From positions 22,878,001-22,942,000 of the forward strand of contig OX597819.1 of NCBI GenBank assembly GCA_951406725.2: DNA of 64,000 nucleotides. Direction: 5' to 3'. The first letter of the stretch is position 1. Every line of letters starts with the position of its first letter. This document shows positions 43,864 through 56,872 of this stretch, piece by piece. The translations under genes and the position numbers were made by a program. Source of the stretch: Octopus vulgaris. Taxonomy: Eukaryota. Under the pieces are notes generated by a model. It saw only the letters and a program-made list of their open reading frames with translations. It did not search any database and had not been told where the DNA came from.

Positions 43864-44716
43864 CTTCACATATATGTTTGTATGCATGTATGTATATATG
43901 CACCAGAGCTGAACAAGAAACACCTGCAAAATTTTTGATTGCAATATTTCTTTCTGAAAAAGCAAAATATTAAAAATATTAAAATATTAAAATATTGCTG
44001 GTGGAACATCTTTCCTTATAATTTAATTACTACGATGAAATAATAATAATTCCGACATTTAACAAGCATTTTCTTTGTATTTTCATTCTTTTACTTCAAT
44101 GCTTCTTCTTTCAATCCATTCTTATTTCCCTCTTTCTTATTGTTTTTAACGTTTGTTTTTGCAAATTTATTTTTCCTTCAGATAATATTAACCTAATAAT
44201 ATATCGAGCATTAAAATTCTCAGTGATGTATTTCTCCGGCTAGCGGTTTTATCTGAGTAGGCTTGTTGAAATTAAACCAATTGCCGAGTGCATTCGCACA
44301 TTAGCCATTCAAATACACATAGAAGTTTCAGCTAAATATTTATTATTTTAATGTCAACAAATTTCGTCGCACAATCTGCAACAGAGTCGATGACACGGTT
44401 ACACTGCAGTTGTTGTAAGGAAAAGTTAGTGACATGTCGTTTGTAGTGTTAGGGACATTTCGGAAACAAATAGTAATTCTTTTGAATTTTGGCACGAGGC
44501 CAGAAATTGTGAGAGATAGAGGCGCGAGTTGACTGCATCAACCCAGGTTATTGGGCTAGTACTCGATTTTATTGGCCTCGAAGAACTGAAAGTTACAATC
44601 GACCTCAGTAGAATATGAGCACAAATGGTAGAGACTGAAAAAATGCTGGCTGGCGTATTGACCGGCTCGGTAACGGTCCAGGAAGATAGGGTAGCGCCTT
44701 TTTTCGTGAAATAATC

Positions 44717-44768
<52 letters not shown>

Positions 44769-44778
44769 CAACAACAAT

Positions 44779-45128
44779 TGGCAAAATGTGGAACCTCAAG
44801 ATTAAAACAATACCTGTTTTCACAGGTGCCCTAGGAATGAAAGCAAAAGGCACAGATTCCTACCTAGCTCAGATACCAGGAAACCCCAAAATGGCAGAAA
44901 TTAAAAAGATAGTACTCATGGGAATTGCCCATATCCTACGTAAAATACTGTCTATGTAATCCCAAATTTTAAAACAAACATGATTTTTTTTTATCCTTAA
45001 ACACTCTCTAGAACAATACTACGTACAATACCAAATATATGACACCATAGGCATAACATCAACATGGACTTGTAACTTGTTGCCTCTTGATGTCTCTGGG
45101 TGAGATTTGGAGTCAAAAGTCAAATATA
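44779..45128 (+). mobile_element. 3' end of an R4/Dong-type LINE in (AAT)n
   Basis: GKMWNLKIKTIPVFTGALG...EIKKIVLMGIAHILRKILSM* (RLE C-terminus) plus a short 3' UTR. (AAT)n on both sides. Confidence 0.8.
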
Positions 45129-45136
45129 TAATAATG

Positions 45137-45210
<74 letters not shown>

Positions 45211-45605
45211 CGTTTTCCTACTCTAAGCACAAGGCTCGAAATTTTGCGGGAGGGGGACAGTCGATTAGATCGACCCAAGTACGCCACTGCTACTTAAGTT
45301 ATCAACCCCGAAAGGATGAAAGGCAAAGTCGACCTCGGCGGAATTTGAACTCACAACGCAAAGGCAGACGAAATACCTATTTGTTTATTTCCCACAAGGG
45401 GCTAAACATAGAGAGGACAAACAAGGACGGGCATAGGTATTAAGTCGATTACATCGACCCCAGTGCGTAACTGGTACTTAATTTATTGACCTCGAAGGGA
45501 TGAAAGGCAAAGTCGACCTCGGCGGAATTTGAACTCAGAACGTAACGGCAGACGAAATACCGCTAAGCATTTCGCCCGGTGTGCTAACGTTTCTGCCGGC
45601 ACGTC
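45211..45605 (-). mobile_element. SINE family C dimer
   Basis: Same GACGAAATACCTATTT junction as the 35860-36625 multimer. Confidence 0.85.
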
Positions 45606-46263
45606 ACCAATCGGTTGTCAATTGGTGGTAGATGGACAAATATAAAGTGGAACATACGTATACTCACATTCACACACACACACACACGCACACATACACA
45701 CATACACACACACTTATGTATATGTATGAGATTCCGTGTATCAAGTTCACTCCCAACGCATTATTATCCCCCCGGATAATAGTAGTAAACGCTCGACCCA
45801 GACGCTGGGCAGGGAAACTCAACATGAAACCATGTAGTTGCGAAACGATATTCTTAAGCATTGCCATAAGCATTACTATTCTTAAACAGCTCGTACGAAT
45901 TTCTAAATTGTGAGCATTCATTCAGACGCCAAAGACATTTTTCTTCCTCCTTTCTCCTGAACGGAGACATACGATCAGGAAACACTATCTCAGAGTAAGC
46001 ATAAAGTGAGACGTGGACTGCGAACAAATATTTATACAATGGTCTCCGCCGTATTCAATATCCATTTTATACGTAAATGTATAAAATCAATATGTATGTG
46101 TGTGTGTGCGTGCGCGTGTGACCATTACATATATATATAACATCAGATATAATTATACATTTCAAATACTTACTCATCTTTTTAGATAGATAGATAGACA
46201 GATAGATAGATAGATAGATAGATTGATAGGCAGATAGATAGATAGATAGATAGATTGATAGGC

Positions 46264-46308
<45 letters not shown>

Positions 46309-46338
46309 TGTTTCTTACATAGATACATAGATAGATAA

Positions 46339-46404
<66 letters not shown>

Positions 46405-46405
<1 letters not shown>

Positions 46406-48122
46406 TGTTTCTTTATTAGCCACACAGGGCTGCACACAGATAGAACAAATTACAAGGTAGAGCTTTTCTTTTGAAGGTTTAGAAAAAAAAAAAAGAAAGG
46501 AAGGGAGAGTTTCGATCAAAAGGGATCGTAAAAGGAGAGAAAGAGGACAAAAAAAGGGGGGATTAAAAAAAAAAGGGGAGAGGAAAAAAAAATTGATCAA
46601 TAGGGATCGTTATCACAGAAATGTCAATATGAAGTGTAAAGGGGAGGACAGGTGAGGTTTACCCGTGGAAAGAAAAGCCTACGGAAAAGACCACGGTAAC
46701 CTCGGTCAATGGAGTCACATGTTATATTTCTTTTTCTTTTTTTTTGGCGAATAAGCAACTCTCTGTTTTCAATTTCTGGGTTTATAGGATCATGCTCAAG
46801 GTGGCTTCGTCATTCATACGTGCCATTCTTGCTACATTCACCCATCTTTTTATAAAACATTCGCTAGACAAAACTTGCCTCTCTACTCTCACTTTCCTTT
46901 TCAAGTGGTACTTGAAGAAGTTGATGAGAGAATGACCAGAGAGGAAAGTGTTTGTCTCCAATCCTTTCAGACGCGTCCACCAGATACATTCTTTCGCCAT
47001 AGCCACAAGGATGATGAAAATAGCTCTTCCTTCCCGTTTGAAGGAAGGAGGCGTGACAATATTGACGATAGACTCAGCTGATAAACCGACTCGTCCCACA
47101 CGTGACAGCAGTTGTTCGACATAAGCCCACAGGTCGGAAATTGTTGGACACTGCACGAGTGCGTGCAGAACGGTTTCGTCGCTCTGACCGCATCTCGGGC
47201 AGGTCGGCCCCGTGTTTCTCGAGCCGTGTCTGTAGAGCTTATCCCGAACGGGTAGCGCTTCTCGGTAGCACTGCCAGGCCAGGGATCTCTGGAAGTTGTC
47301 CATGGGCCCTGGCCCGAAAGTCGTCCTGAACAGGCGGGTCAGGTACTCCTCGTCGACGTCCAGGTTCGCCCCGAGCTCGTCGTCGTACCTCCCATCCACT
47401 AAACCCCTATAGAATGCTTTGGTTGTGTTGAAGTCACTCAAGGTCGACCCAGGACGGCAGAGTTGCTTGAGAGCAACGCGACACTCGCGGTGCCATTCGC
47501 CCTTCCTCGGCCTCTTTTTGATCCACGACTGCAGTTCGGTCATGGAGACGAGCTGCGGGAAAGCGTGCCTCACAAACGGCGACCACACCTGTTCACCGTC
47601 GTCTACATAGAGCCAGAGATGTCGCAGTCTCAGCGCGTGTCTGCGCATCATCAACCGCGGCATACCCAGCCCTCCTTTTAACGGGTGTTGACAGCAAATG
47701 GATCGCCTGACCATCGGGACGCATCCTTTCCACAAGAAGCGAAAGCGAATGCGTTGTAGTTTGGTGATGGTAGGGTCGGGACAAGGTACGACGGTCAGGC
47801 GGTAGTAGATGACGGACGCGATGTACGCGTTCGCCACCTCCGCCCGACCTTTTAGGGACAGTTTCCTCTCGGCCCATTGCCGGGCGAGAGTGACCACCCT
47901 ACTCGTTATCTCGTTCCAGTTCTTCTCCACTTGGAGGTCCGGACCAAACCAGACCCCGAGCAACTCAACCGGGCCGTCGGTCCAGCGTCCCACGACGGAG
48001 GCGCTGGTGGACGGCATGGGCTTGCTTCTCCAGGTGCCTAGTCGCAAGCCCACTGACTTTTCCCGGTTGATTTTCGCTCCTGTCACCGCTTCGTAGTTTT
48101 TCAGTGTCTCGCCGACCTGCTC
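46405..48122 (-). mobile_element. 5'-truncated Tx1/L1-clade LINE in (GATA)n
   Basis: GC-rich open frame followed by a 3' UTR ending AATAAAGAAAC, then (ATCT)n. GATA repeats at both junctions. Confidence 0.92.
46782..48122 (-). CDS. ORF2 C-terminal part (end of RT, thumb, zf-RVT zinc finger), no start codon
   Basis: YEAVTGAKINREKS...LLGVWFG...RKLSLKGRA...FLWKG...PLKGGLGMP...LPVRDKL...CPRCGQSDETVLHALVQCP; more than 430 codons uninterrupted. Confidence 0.9.
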   Translation of the reverse strand, partial: EQVGETLKNYEAVTGAKINREKSVGLRLGTWRSKPMPSTSASVVGRWTDGPVELLGVWFGPDLQVEKNWNEITSRVVTLARQWAERKLSLKGRAEVANAYIASVIYYRLTVVPCPDPTITKLQRIRFRFLWKGCVPMVRRSICCQHPLKGGLGMPRLMMRRHALRLRHLWLYVDDGEQVWSPFVRHAFPQLVSMTELQSWIKKRPRKGEWHRECRVALKQLCRPGSTLSDFNTTKAFYRGLVDGRYDDELGANLDVDEEYLTRLFRTTFGPGPMDNFQRSLAWQCYREALPVRDKLYRHGSRNTGPTCPRCGQSDETVLHALVQCPTISDLWAYVEQLLSRVGRVGLSAESIVNIVTPPSFKREGRAIFIILVAMAKECIWWTRLKGLETNTFLSGHSLINFFKYHLKRKVRVERQVLSSECFIKRWVNVARMARMNDEATLSMIL

Positions 48123-48154
48123 GATAGATAGATAGATAGATAGATAGATATATA

Positions 48155-48522
48155 TGTTTCTTTATTAGCCACACAGGGCTGCACACAGACAGGACAAAAT
48201 TACAAGGTAGAGCTTTTCTTTTGGGGGTAAAAGAAGGGGGTTTGGTTTTCGATCAAAAGGGATCGTAAATGGGAAGAAAGAGGACAAAAAAGGGGGGGTA
48301 AAATAAATTTTTAAAAAAAGGTGGGGGGAGGAAAAAATTGGATCAATAGGGATCGTTATCACAGAAATGTCAATATGAAGTGTAAAGGGGAGGACAATTG
48401 AGGTTTACCCGTGGAAAGAAAAGCCTACGGAAAAGACCACGGTAACCTCGGTCAATGAAGTCACATGTTATATTTCGTTTTTTTTTGCAAATAAGCAACT
48501 CTCTGTATTAATTTTTACGGTT
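48155..48522 (-). mobile_element. Second 3'-UTR-only copy of the same Tx1-type LINE
   Basis: Matches ~46405-46785 with some divergence. (GATA)n on both sides. Confidence 0.9.
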
Positions 48523-48528
48523 AGATAA

Positions 48529-48573
<45 letters not shown>

Positions 48574-48719
48574 TGAACCCTGTCTGAAAAATACTAGGGA
48601 AGCCACTTAGTACAAATCCTTCCATAACAATTCTCATTATAAAGATTCTACGTGGCTGATATTTCAATATAAAATAGCTTGGAATATGTTTAAATGATTT
48701 TTAATGTTCCTCGGACTTA

Positions 48720-48750
<31 letters not shown>

Positions 48751-50395
48751 CTTCCCTTTCTCTCTCTCACTTTCTTTCTGTCTGTCTGTCTGTCTGTCTC
48801 TCTTGTTAAAGTTGTTGAATAAACATTATATCTTCTTTATTTGCTACAATTTACTGGCATTCTTGCAAATATCTTACTGGGTATATACAGCATTTTTATC
48901 CAAGACATAAACTCGTTAATATTTCCAATTACTTTGATAAAATGCCTTCAATTATTTGGCTTGACTTTCCACTCCTCACAATTCCTCAAATGGTTGTTGT
49001 TGTCGTGTATAGGCTTAAATAAAACATTTGGAGCGTATTTCAGAAGAGCTCTTTGTATAAGGACGCCATAATATACGAACTGGGCATAATTTATTTCACT
49101 CACATTTCATAACAATTTCTATGCATATTTGCTTGTATTATATGTGTGTATGAGTGTAGCTATAAATGTGTATATATGCACATATAAATGTTTATGCGTG
49201 AGTGTGCGTGTGTATGGGCATAATAACGAATCTTACACTTGATTTAACTTCCTCTTTACGATATCCCTAAAGATATTTTCATCAATGCTATAAAGTGTGA
49301 TATTGATTTTCTGGAGTAAACTTTATGCAGTATGTTCGCGTTGGTCTATTTTGTTATATTCGTTTTCTTGAAAAAAAGTTCGTAATGTGTATATCGATTA
49401 AATAAATAAGGTGATTAATTTTGACACGGACTACTTTCTTTTTTATTCTAGTCATATTAACAGCTAAATGTTTCAATGGTGAAACAAAAGTACATTCTAA
49501 TTACGGAAATCCTACATTTTCGCTAGTTTTTTTTTTTTAATTATTGCACAAGATTTTATTGGAAAGTTTTGTATGGACTGAAGCTAATGTTAGAAATTTT
49601 TCAATGCAAAACTAGATATTTTAGAGTTTATTTTTAATGCTGCATCCGTGCTTAAATTTAAGAGCCAAGTTTTGTTCTTTGTACTTTTAATATGTTGGAG
49701 ACGTGCTGTGTTGTTAGGGCAAGCAACCTCCACCTTCATAGGTTATTCGGAATCATTGAGTTTATTGCCCTCAATCTTACTCAAACTTTTCAGCAGGAAG
49801 TAGATTCTAGACGATAGATGCTCTGGCGAGGCAACACTGGGTGTAGTGGTGAGAAATGACTGAGCACAACGTGGCGAAAAGACATGAGTGAGTCATGAGT
49901 GCTTGAAAAGAGATGTCATCAATATAGCTTGTTCCGAAAAAAGATCATTGCAATATAAAAGATAGAGAAAAGAGTTATACAGTTATAAGCCAAAGGCTGT
50001 GACATATCATTGAGTGATTTTAGCCTATTAATCGAGAGTTCTTCCTTTAAATTTGATCGAGGATGTCAGTGGGCAGCTGCAATATTGTCCCAGATATGAG
50101 AGTATTACTCCATTGTTGTCATCAGTTGCTGATAATGGAGCGACCGGATGGGCCCTAACTGAATGCTACTCAACTTTAAATGAGGTTCAACGAAGCTTCT
50201 GTGGAATGAGATGTGTGCGCTTGAAGACGAAGAGATATTCACATCAGCAGGGAAATTGATCTCTGTGATGGTACATAATTTTCTTTTCCGTCCTAAATCA
50301 CTATATCTGGCCTGTTATGCTTGTACTAAGTAGAAGTTTTCATAGGAAAGCAATAAACCTTATGGTGATACTTATGCATGTATTCCAGTTCGATG

Positions 50396-50458
<63 letters not shown>

Positions 50459-50549
50459 TACATATATACATATATACATATATACATATATATATATAAC
50501 CTATATATATATATATATATATACATATTTACATATATATATTTATACA

Positions 50550-50615
<66 letters not shown>

Positions 50616-50617
<2 letters not shown>

Positions 50618-50776
50618 AAGAATTCACAAAAAAGGACGAAGACAGGTGATGTAGATAACAAACAGATGTATTAGTTTAACACTCGGGAAGTGAAAAAGTC
50701 TTTAACGTTTCGAGCCTATGTTCTTCAACAGAAAGGAGAAATAAAGAATGTGTAGTGGCTAGCAATCTATCATGGC

Positions 50777-50778
<2 letters not shown>
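50616..50778 (-). mobile_element. ~165-bp hammerhead-bearing element in (TA)n
   Basis: Minus strand CUUU-CUGUUGA-A-GAAC-AUAG-GCUC-GAA-ACGU-U^AAAG, then UUCCCGAGUG..CUAAUAC. Confidence 0.7.
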
Positions 50779-50848
<70 letters not shown>

Positions 50849-50850
<2 letters not shown>

Positions 50851-51199
50851 TTCATACCACAGGACGCCCCTAGACTGTTTCCACCCGTTTTTGCCATTCA
50901 CCTCAATCTTCCGTAATGGTCCTCAGCTCCTGTACTCCTTCTATACCAGTAACCTCCAGGAAATTGTCGATATAGGTCGTCTTCCTCCTTCCTCTCCTGG
51001 TTTATCCTTCCTTTGGTTGCCAGAACACCAGCTTGTTAGCAATTTCATCGGTGAGTCTCATACGGTATCCAGCTAGCCTCATCCTTCTATGCTGTATCTT
51101 CAATGTTACTTTGTTAATCCCTGGTATAAGTAAGCATTTTTTGTATGACTCTTCCAAGAGATATTGAGTGCCATTCTAAGCAACCTCGTAAAACAACCG

Positions 51200-51201
<2 letters not shown>
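50849..51201 (-). mobile_element. RTE-type LINE 3' fragment in (TA)n
   Basis: DGCFTRLLRMALNISWKSHTKNAYLY...RRMRLAGY...KLVFWQP...RRGRRKTTYID. Confidence 0.75.
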
Positions 51202-51247
<46 letters not shown>

Positions 51248-51298
51248 TTTATAAATATACAATCATATACGCATACAAAAATGCATATACATGCATAC

Positions 51299-51348
<50 letters not shown>

Positions 51349-51361
51349 AATATATATATAT

Positions 51362-51530
51362 AAAGGGAAAGTTTACGAAAATAAACAAAAGACGAAGGCA
51401 GGTGGAGTAAAAACAAACAAATGTATTAGTATAGCGCTCAGGAATAGAAAAAAGTCTTTTACGTTTCAAGCCTGCGCTCTTCGACAGAAAGATACACAGA
51501 AAAAAACAAGGAGAGAAACGAGGAGTGAAA
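51362..51530 (-). mobile_element. ~170-bp hammerhead-bearing element in (TA)n
   Basis: Minus strand UCUUU-CUGUCGA-A-GAGC-GCAG-GCUU-GAA-ACGU-A^AAAGA, then UUCCUGAGCG..CUAAUAC. Confidence 0.75.
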
Positions 51531-51627
51531 ATATATATATATGTATATATATGGCGGTGCCCCAGCAATGGCGGTGCCCCAGCATGGCCACAGCTCATTA
51601 GCTGAAACTGGAAAAATCAAAATCAAA

Positions 51628-51779
<152 letters not shown>

Positions 51780-51954
51780 GAATAAAAGGAGGGAGAGAAA
51801 GAGATAGGTAGATAGATAGGGTGAGTGGGAGGGAGAGACAATGAGAAATTTGTGTAGAGAGATTATTCCATTCATTTCCGTCTTATCTAAAATGGTAAAA
51901 CAAGGGGCAGGAACTAATAAAATAAGACCTATACTGGTTTGCCCTCCAATCGTG

Positions 51955-52380
51955 CTCTTTACTCATTTACTCTTTTACTTGTTTCAGTCATTTGACTGTG
52001 GCCATGCTGGAGCACCGCCTTTAGTCGAGCAAATCGACCCCAGGACTTATTCTTTGTAAGCCTAGTACTTATTCTATCGGTCTTTGTTTTGCCGAACTGC
52101 TAAGTTACGGGACACAAACACACCACCATCGGTTGTCAAGCGATGTTGGGGTGTGGGATAAACACAGACACACAAACACACACACACATACACATATACA
52201 TATATATATACATATATACGACGGGCTTCTTTCGGTTTCCGTCTACCAAATCCACTCACAACCCTTTGGTCGGCCTGAGGCTATAGTAGAAGACACTTGC
52301 CCAAGGTGCCACGCAGTGGGACTGAACCCGGAACCATGTGGTTGGTAAGCAAGCCACTTACCACACAGTCACTCCTACGA
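51955..52380 (-). mobile_element. SINE family A
   Basis: Reverse complement of family A. Confidence 0.9.
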
Positions 52381-53183
52381 CTATGCAATTCTACATAATG
52401 CAGTTCTTTCTGCTATTAAAACCACTCGTAGCATTTGGTAATGAAAACCTCGGTTATCGCACATTTTCGCCGCTTTTGTTCACGAATGGCAACACCAGTT
52501 AAATTTGTGCGTGCTTTTTCCCGTCTGTATCTTTAATATTAGATAGCATTATATCCGGTAAACTGGTTATACTCGTGTCAGCGCTGAAACGCTTCGTCAA
52601 ACCCTTCATCTGCATATCATACTCCAAGTGTTGGAGCAACTTGTATGAATGAACAGTTTTCAATAAATCATATGCGTTGAAGAAAACTGCTTGAGATATT
52701 AAAATTTTCTGACAAATTCAAATGAGAAGAGATTAGCCGAATAAAGTGACCTTACTATTTGAATGGCACTTCTCGATCTCCGAAGGATAAACGTAACTGT
52801 CGGCTTTGTTAAGATTTAAACTCAGAACATCCATACATAACTAAATTTAGCCAGACATTTTGTGTGACGCCCTGCTGATTCAGCCAGTACTAAATTTTCT
52901 ATTTCAGATATTAATAGCAAGCAGTTTTCCTTGTTATATAACGACTGTCTTACGCTATGGGTTGTTGCAACATTTGTTTTAGGCACACAGCTTGATGTCT
53001 GTAACCAAGCAGTTTTATAACTGCTATTTTCCTTGCGTCAAAAAATTTCCCTGATGTATTATTGTGTAAAGTGGCAAAGATACCCGGCGTTTCTCGGGAT
53101 TAAAATGGCATAGTTTATAAATAATATATTACAATTATTTACATTGCTAACCCCAAGAATCCGAGTTCGATTCAAGACAGGGG

Positions 53184-53270
<87 letters not shown>

Positions 53271-53317
53271 TAATAATAATAATAATATTAATAATAATAA
53301 TAATAATAATAATAATT

Positions 53318-53900
53318 TGCCCTGATGCAGTACCAGGCAGTGGATGCCCTGATGCAGTACCAGGCAGTGGCTCTCATGGCTTCTGATCTTAACTGATTGG
53401 AAGTGTTATCATGTACATTGTTCTGTCTTGGTATAAAAGATGGGCTACAGCAAATATTCTGCACAATACCACAGATTTGCTTGTCAGTTGTTTGACCTTA
53501 ACCAGTTGAGCATGTCCCTTAGTGGCTGACGATATGTGCATCTCTGATCACGAGCAGAAGTAGTGGGGGAGCATCATAGCCATGTGTTGAGAGGGATTCT
53601 TTGGGCTTTGAATAATTCACCTCTGGAGACATGGGTAGTTTTTTTCAACATCCTTAAACAACCCTTATTCAGGGACCGTTTGAACAGGATGGGCTACTCA
53701 ACCTGAAGAAAATTCTAACTGGGCCCCACCTGCAAGGTCATGTGCAGTTTATCTTGATATGAGATCACCATGTCGCGCACATATGGTTGTGATGCATGTG
53801 CCTGGTGTGCCCTTATCAGACGGGTAGTCATGATGGGTATATTGGGCTTCGTATATTTTACCCCAGTGTCACTTTGATGGCATGAACTGCTCTCTCACTC
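53318..53900 (+). mobile_element. (AAT)n-inserted 555-bp element with a duplicated 26-nt end
   Basis: Matches 27038-27592. TGCCCTGATGCAGTACCAGGCAGTGG is present twice (53318, 53345). Confidence 0.85.
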
Positions 53901-53982
<82 letters not shown>

Positions 53983-54029
53983 TCGAAAAATACCTTAGGA
54001 ATGAGAACCCAGGTTCGAAATTTCCCCAA

Positions 54030-54075
54030 GACACCTGATGAAGGCTGGAGGGTATATCAGCCGAAACGTTGTGTT
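54030..54075 (+). ncRNA. Minimal type I hammerhead ribozyme motif, intact core
   Basis: GACAC-CUGAUGA-A-GGCUG-(10-nt loop)-CAGCC-GAA-ACGU-U^GUGUU. Stem I is 5 bp, stem II 5 bp, and stem III palindromic. Confidence 0.8.
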
Positions 54076-54439
54076 AACAACAAACAAGATGAGGACAAAT
54101 ATCCGTCAAATGTAAATAATGTAAATAATGTACATAATTCCTCACCTCTTAAATATAGAACTGAATATTACAGTTAATTTGAAACAGGTGATATGGGCAA
54201 GTGCAGCATTGAGTAAATGGAGTAAATGATGGGCTAATTCGACTAAGCAATATGTTATACGTCCGATGGGCTAATTCGTCTAAGCAAGATGCTATGCGTC
54301 CGTTTGAAGTATTTCAGGGCCTGGCGTATCATGAAAAATTGCGGGTGGGAGTTATGTGGATTTTGAACGCACCGAAAAGTTGTCAGTGGATATACTCTCT
54401 TTTGCAGCAGTCGGCACTGTGTCTAACACATCCCATCAT

Positions 54440-54900
54440 CTGAAATGTTGGCACGTCCTTCGGGTTTGTTTTCCAACATCATTCATAAAGTAAATTTGGA
54501 GGAACTGTGGTTGTTCGTTTGTGTGTAACAGGGAACCAATGAGGTGATAGACTTGCCCTTGAACTATAACGTCGGCATAAATTCATGTTTTTCTATCTTC
54601 TTAGATGCAGCAAACGATGTCATTTGTAATGCAGAGTTGTATTGTCTGATATGGTTCAGAAAATCCTTTGACTGGATGGAAGATCCATAAAACGTTGAGA
54701 AAGAGCTGGTAGTGCTGGCAATGTTACCTGACCACCTGAGCAGCACATACCATTTGTTTCATTTGAAAATTTTAGAGCTCTACAGAAATGACAATTTTCA
54801 TTTAGCACAGCAAATTGGACAGTTATCATTTTTATAAGAATGGGATGGATCATATCTGAAAACAGCTTCAGTAGTTGTGAAGAACGAATTTGTATGTAGT
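54440..54900 (-). mobile_element. Helitron Rep/Hel N-terminal fragment (degenerate)
   Basis: CHFCRALKFSNETNGMCCSGGQVTLPAL / SKDFLNHIRQYNSALQMTSF...FMPT...YHLIGSLL...PQFLQIYF is characteristic of Helitron Rep. Confidence 0.8.
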
Positions 54901-55643
54901 CTGTTTCTGAGAGCTATTCTATTGAACATCTCTCTCTAATCATTAAAATATTGATTTAATGATCCAGCATTAAGTGCTGCAACATGCATTTGCTGATCTT
55001 GAGAAAATATCATCTCGCTTCTCTCTTCAGACTCTCACCTTCGATTTTCTACAATCCTCCCTGCTTTATACTTGTTTCTGGAAGATATTACGTCTTTTCT
55101 TTTCTGGCTTATTTTTTTCAATAGTGTAAACAAAAAATTATGAACATAGAAAGAAATTATACATTAATCCCTATTTTTATAAGCTGTTGTATGCATGTAG
55201 TACCTTTTTAATTTTGTTATATTCAGTATAAATTAACCAAATAGACGCACATGTATGAACTGCTAATTTAACGTTAAATGACACAATAATCATTATAGAT
55301 AAATTTCTTAATATATATATTTTAACCACATATATTAAATGTTAATTTAAGGGAAAATATGTAACTGTAAGTACCTTGCAACTATGCGATAATTATTAAC
55401 TGATAATTGAAATGTACATGTGTATTTTTATATACCTTGGACCTGCCACTTCATTGTTTTTTTTTTGTCAAGAGTTTAACCTCCAGCCGTTCTTTATGTC
55501 AGTCAAGACATACACTGATACCATTCTGTTGTGGTGGCTTATTTTGTGTTTCTCCTGATGATTCCGTAAAAATTTGCTTGAAGAGAGCAGAAATTGAAAG
55601 AAGAGAAAGCGAAAAGGACAGAGAGAAAGAAAGTGAAAGATGT

Positions 55644-55681
<38 letters not shown>

Positions 55682-56139
55682 GCGTGTGTGAGAGAGAGAT
55701 AAAGAGAGTGAGTAAAGGTGTTTGTCGTGATGATTGATGTCTTTTAAGGTACACACACACACACATAGAAAATGTGACGCCATCGTATAAAAGGTTTACG
55801 ATAGTTGATTTATGGAAAAAAAAACGATAATGTTAAATTGTTGAAATGCAAATATGTGAATGGAAATTTATTCTAATTTGTAGCCGAAATAGTACTTTTG
55901 ACACCCAATACGTCAAAATCGGTAACTCGGTTTTGGAATGCACGAGGAATACACACACACATACACACACACATACACACACACACACACAAATATATAT
56001 ATATATATTTATTTGTAAAAAAGAAGTTTGAAAACGCCACTATATTAGATAAATTTTATTTTTTTTATGAATTTTACATATTTCGGTTTTCAAACTTCTT
56101 TTTTTACAAATATATACCCACTCGTATACGATCTACTCT

Positions 56140-56195
<56 letters not shown>

Positions 56196-56199
56196 ACAG

Positions 56200-56872
56200 A
56201 CTTCTTTCAAACTGAAAGTATTATCTCACATTACAATAGCGACATAATACTGAAATAGTGTGTCAGAGATAAGAGATTGCTCTGGGCTTGCATTAGGCAA
56301 AAAGTTGAAAAGATTTTGGCCCATAACACTGCATTTTATACATAGTAAGGCATGTATAAAATTTGAATGAAATCGGTTGTGTAGTTCTCGAGTTTTAGGG
56401 ATTCACACAGACAGGTAGACATGCTTATTTTTATATATGCAAGTTACCGCCCCTTGTACCGTCCGACAAGTTAGTTTATATTCACGAGTGCTCGTTTTCC
56501 GTGTTTTAATTTTTAGTATAAAATATTAAAAAATATATGTATCTTCCTAATTTTTTCCATACTTCATTCATTTTGGAGATATTTCGCATTTTTTCTATTT
56601 TTTAAATTAGAAATTAGGCGTCATATTCATCTAAAGAGGCGCCGAAAATTGTACGCGTACCGTTGCATAGACGTGGTGGGTTCAAATCCAAGGAGAATTC
56701 AGAGTAGTAGTCTATTTATTTTGGGGCGCGGAATTTCCAAGAAAAAATATTTTTAAAAAACCGTCCGAAGTCAAAGAGAGCGCACATGTCAAATTTTGTG
56801 AAACTCGGCTGAAAATTGTAGGAGTAGAAGTGGTTCACACAACACACAGACAAATTGCCTTTTAATATATAA
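56200..56872 (-). mobile_element. Two Helitron-like non-autonomous 5' ends
   Basis: Minus strand ATATATAAAA...GTCTGTGTG...CCGATTTCA..AAATTT motifs starting near 56437 and 56870. 3' ends are unclear. Confidence 0.45.
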
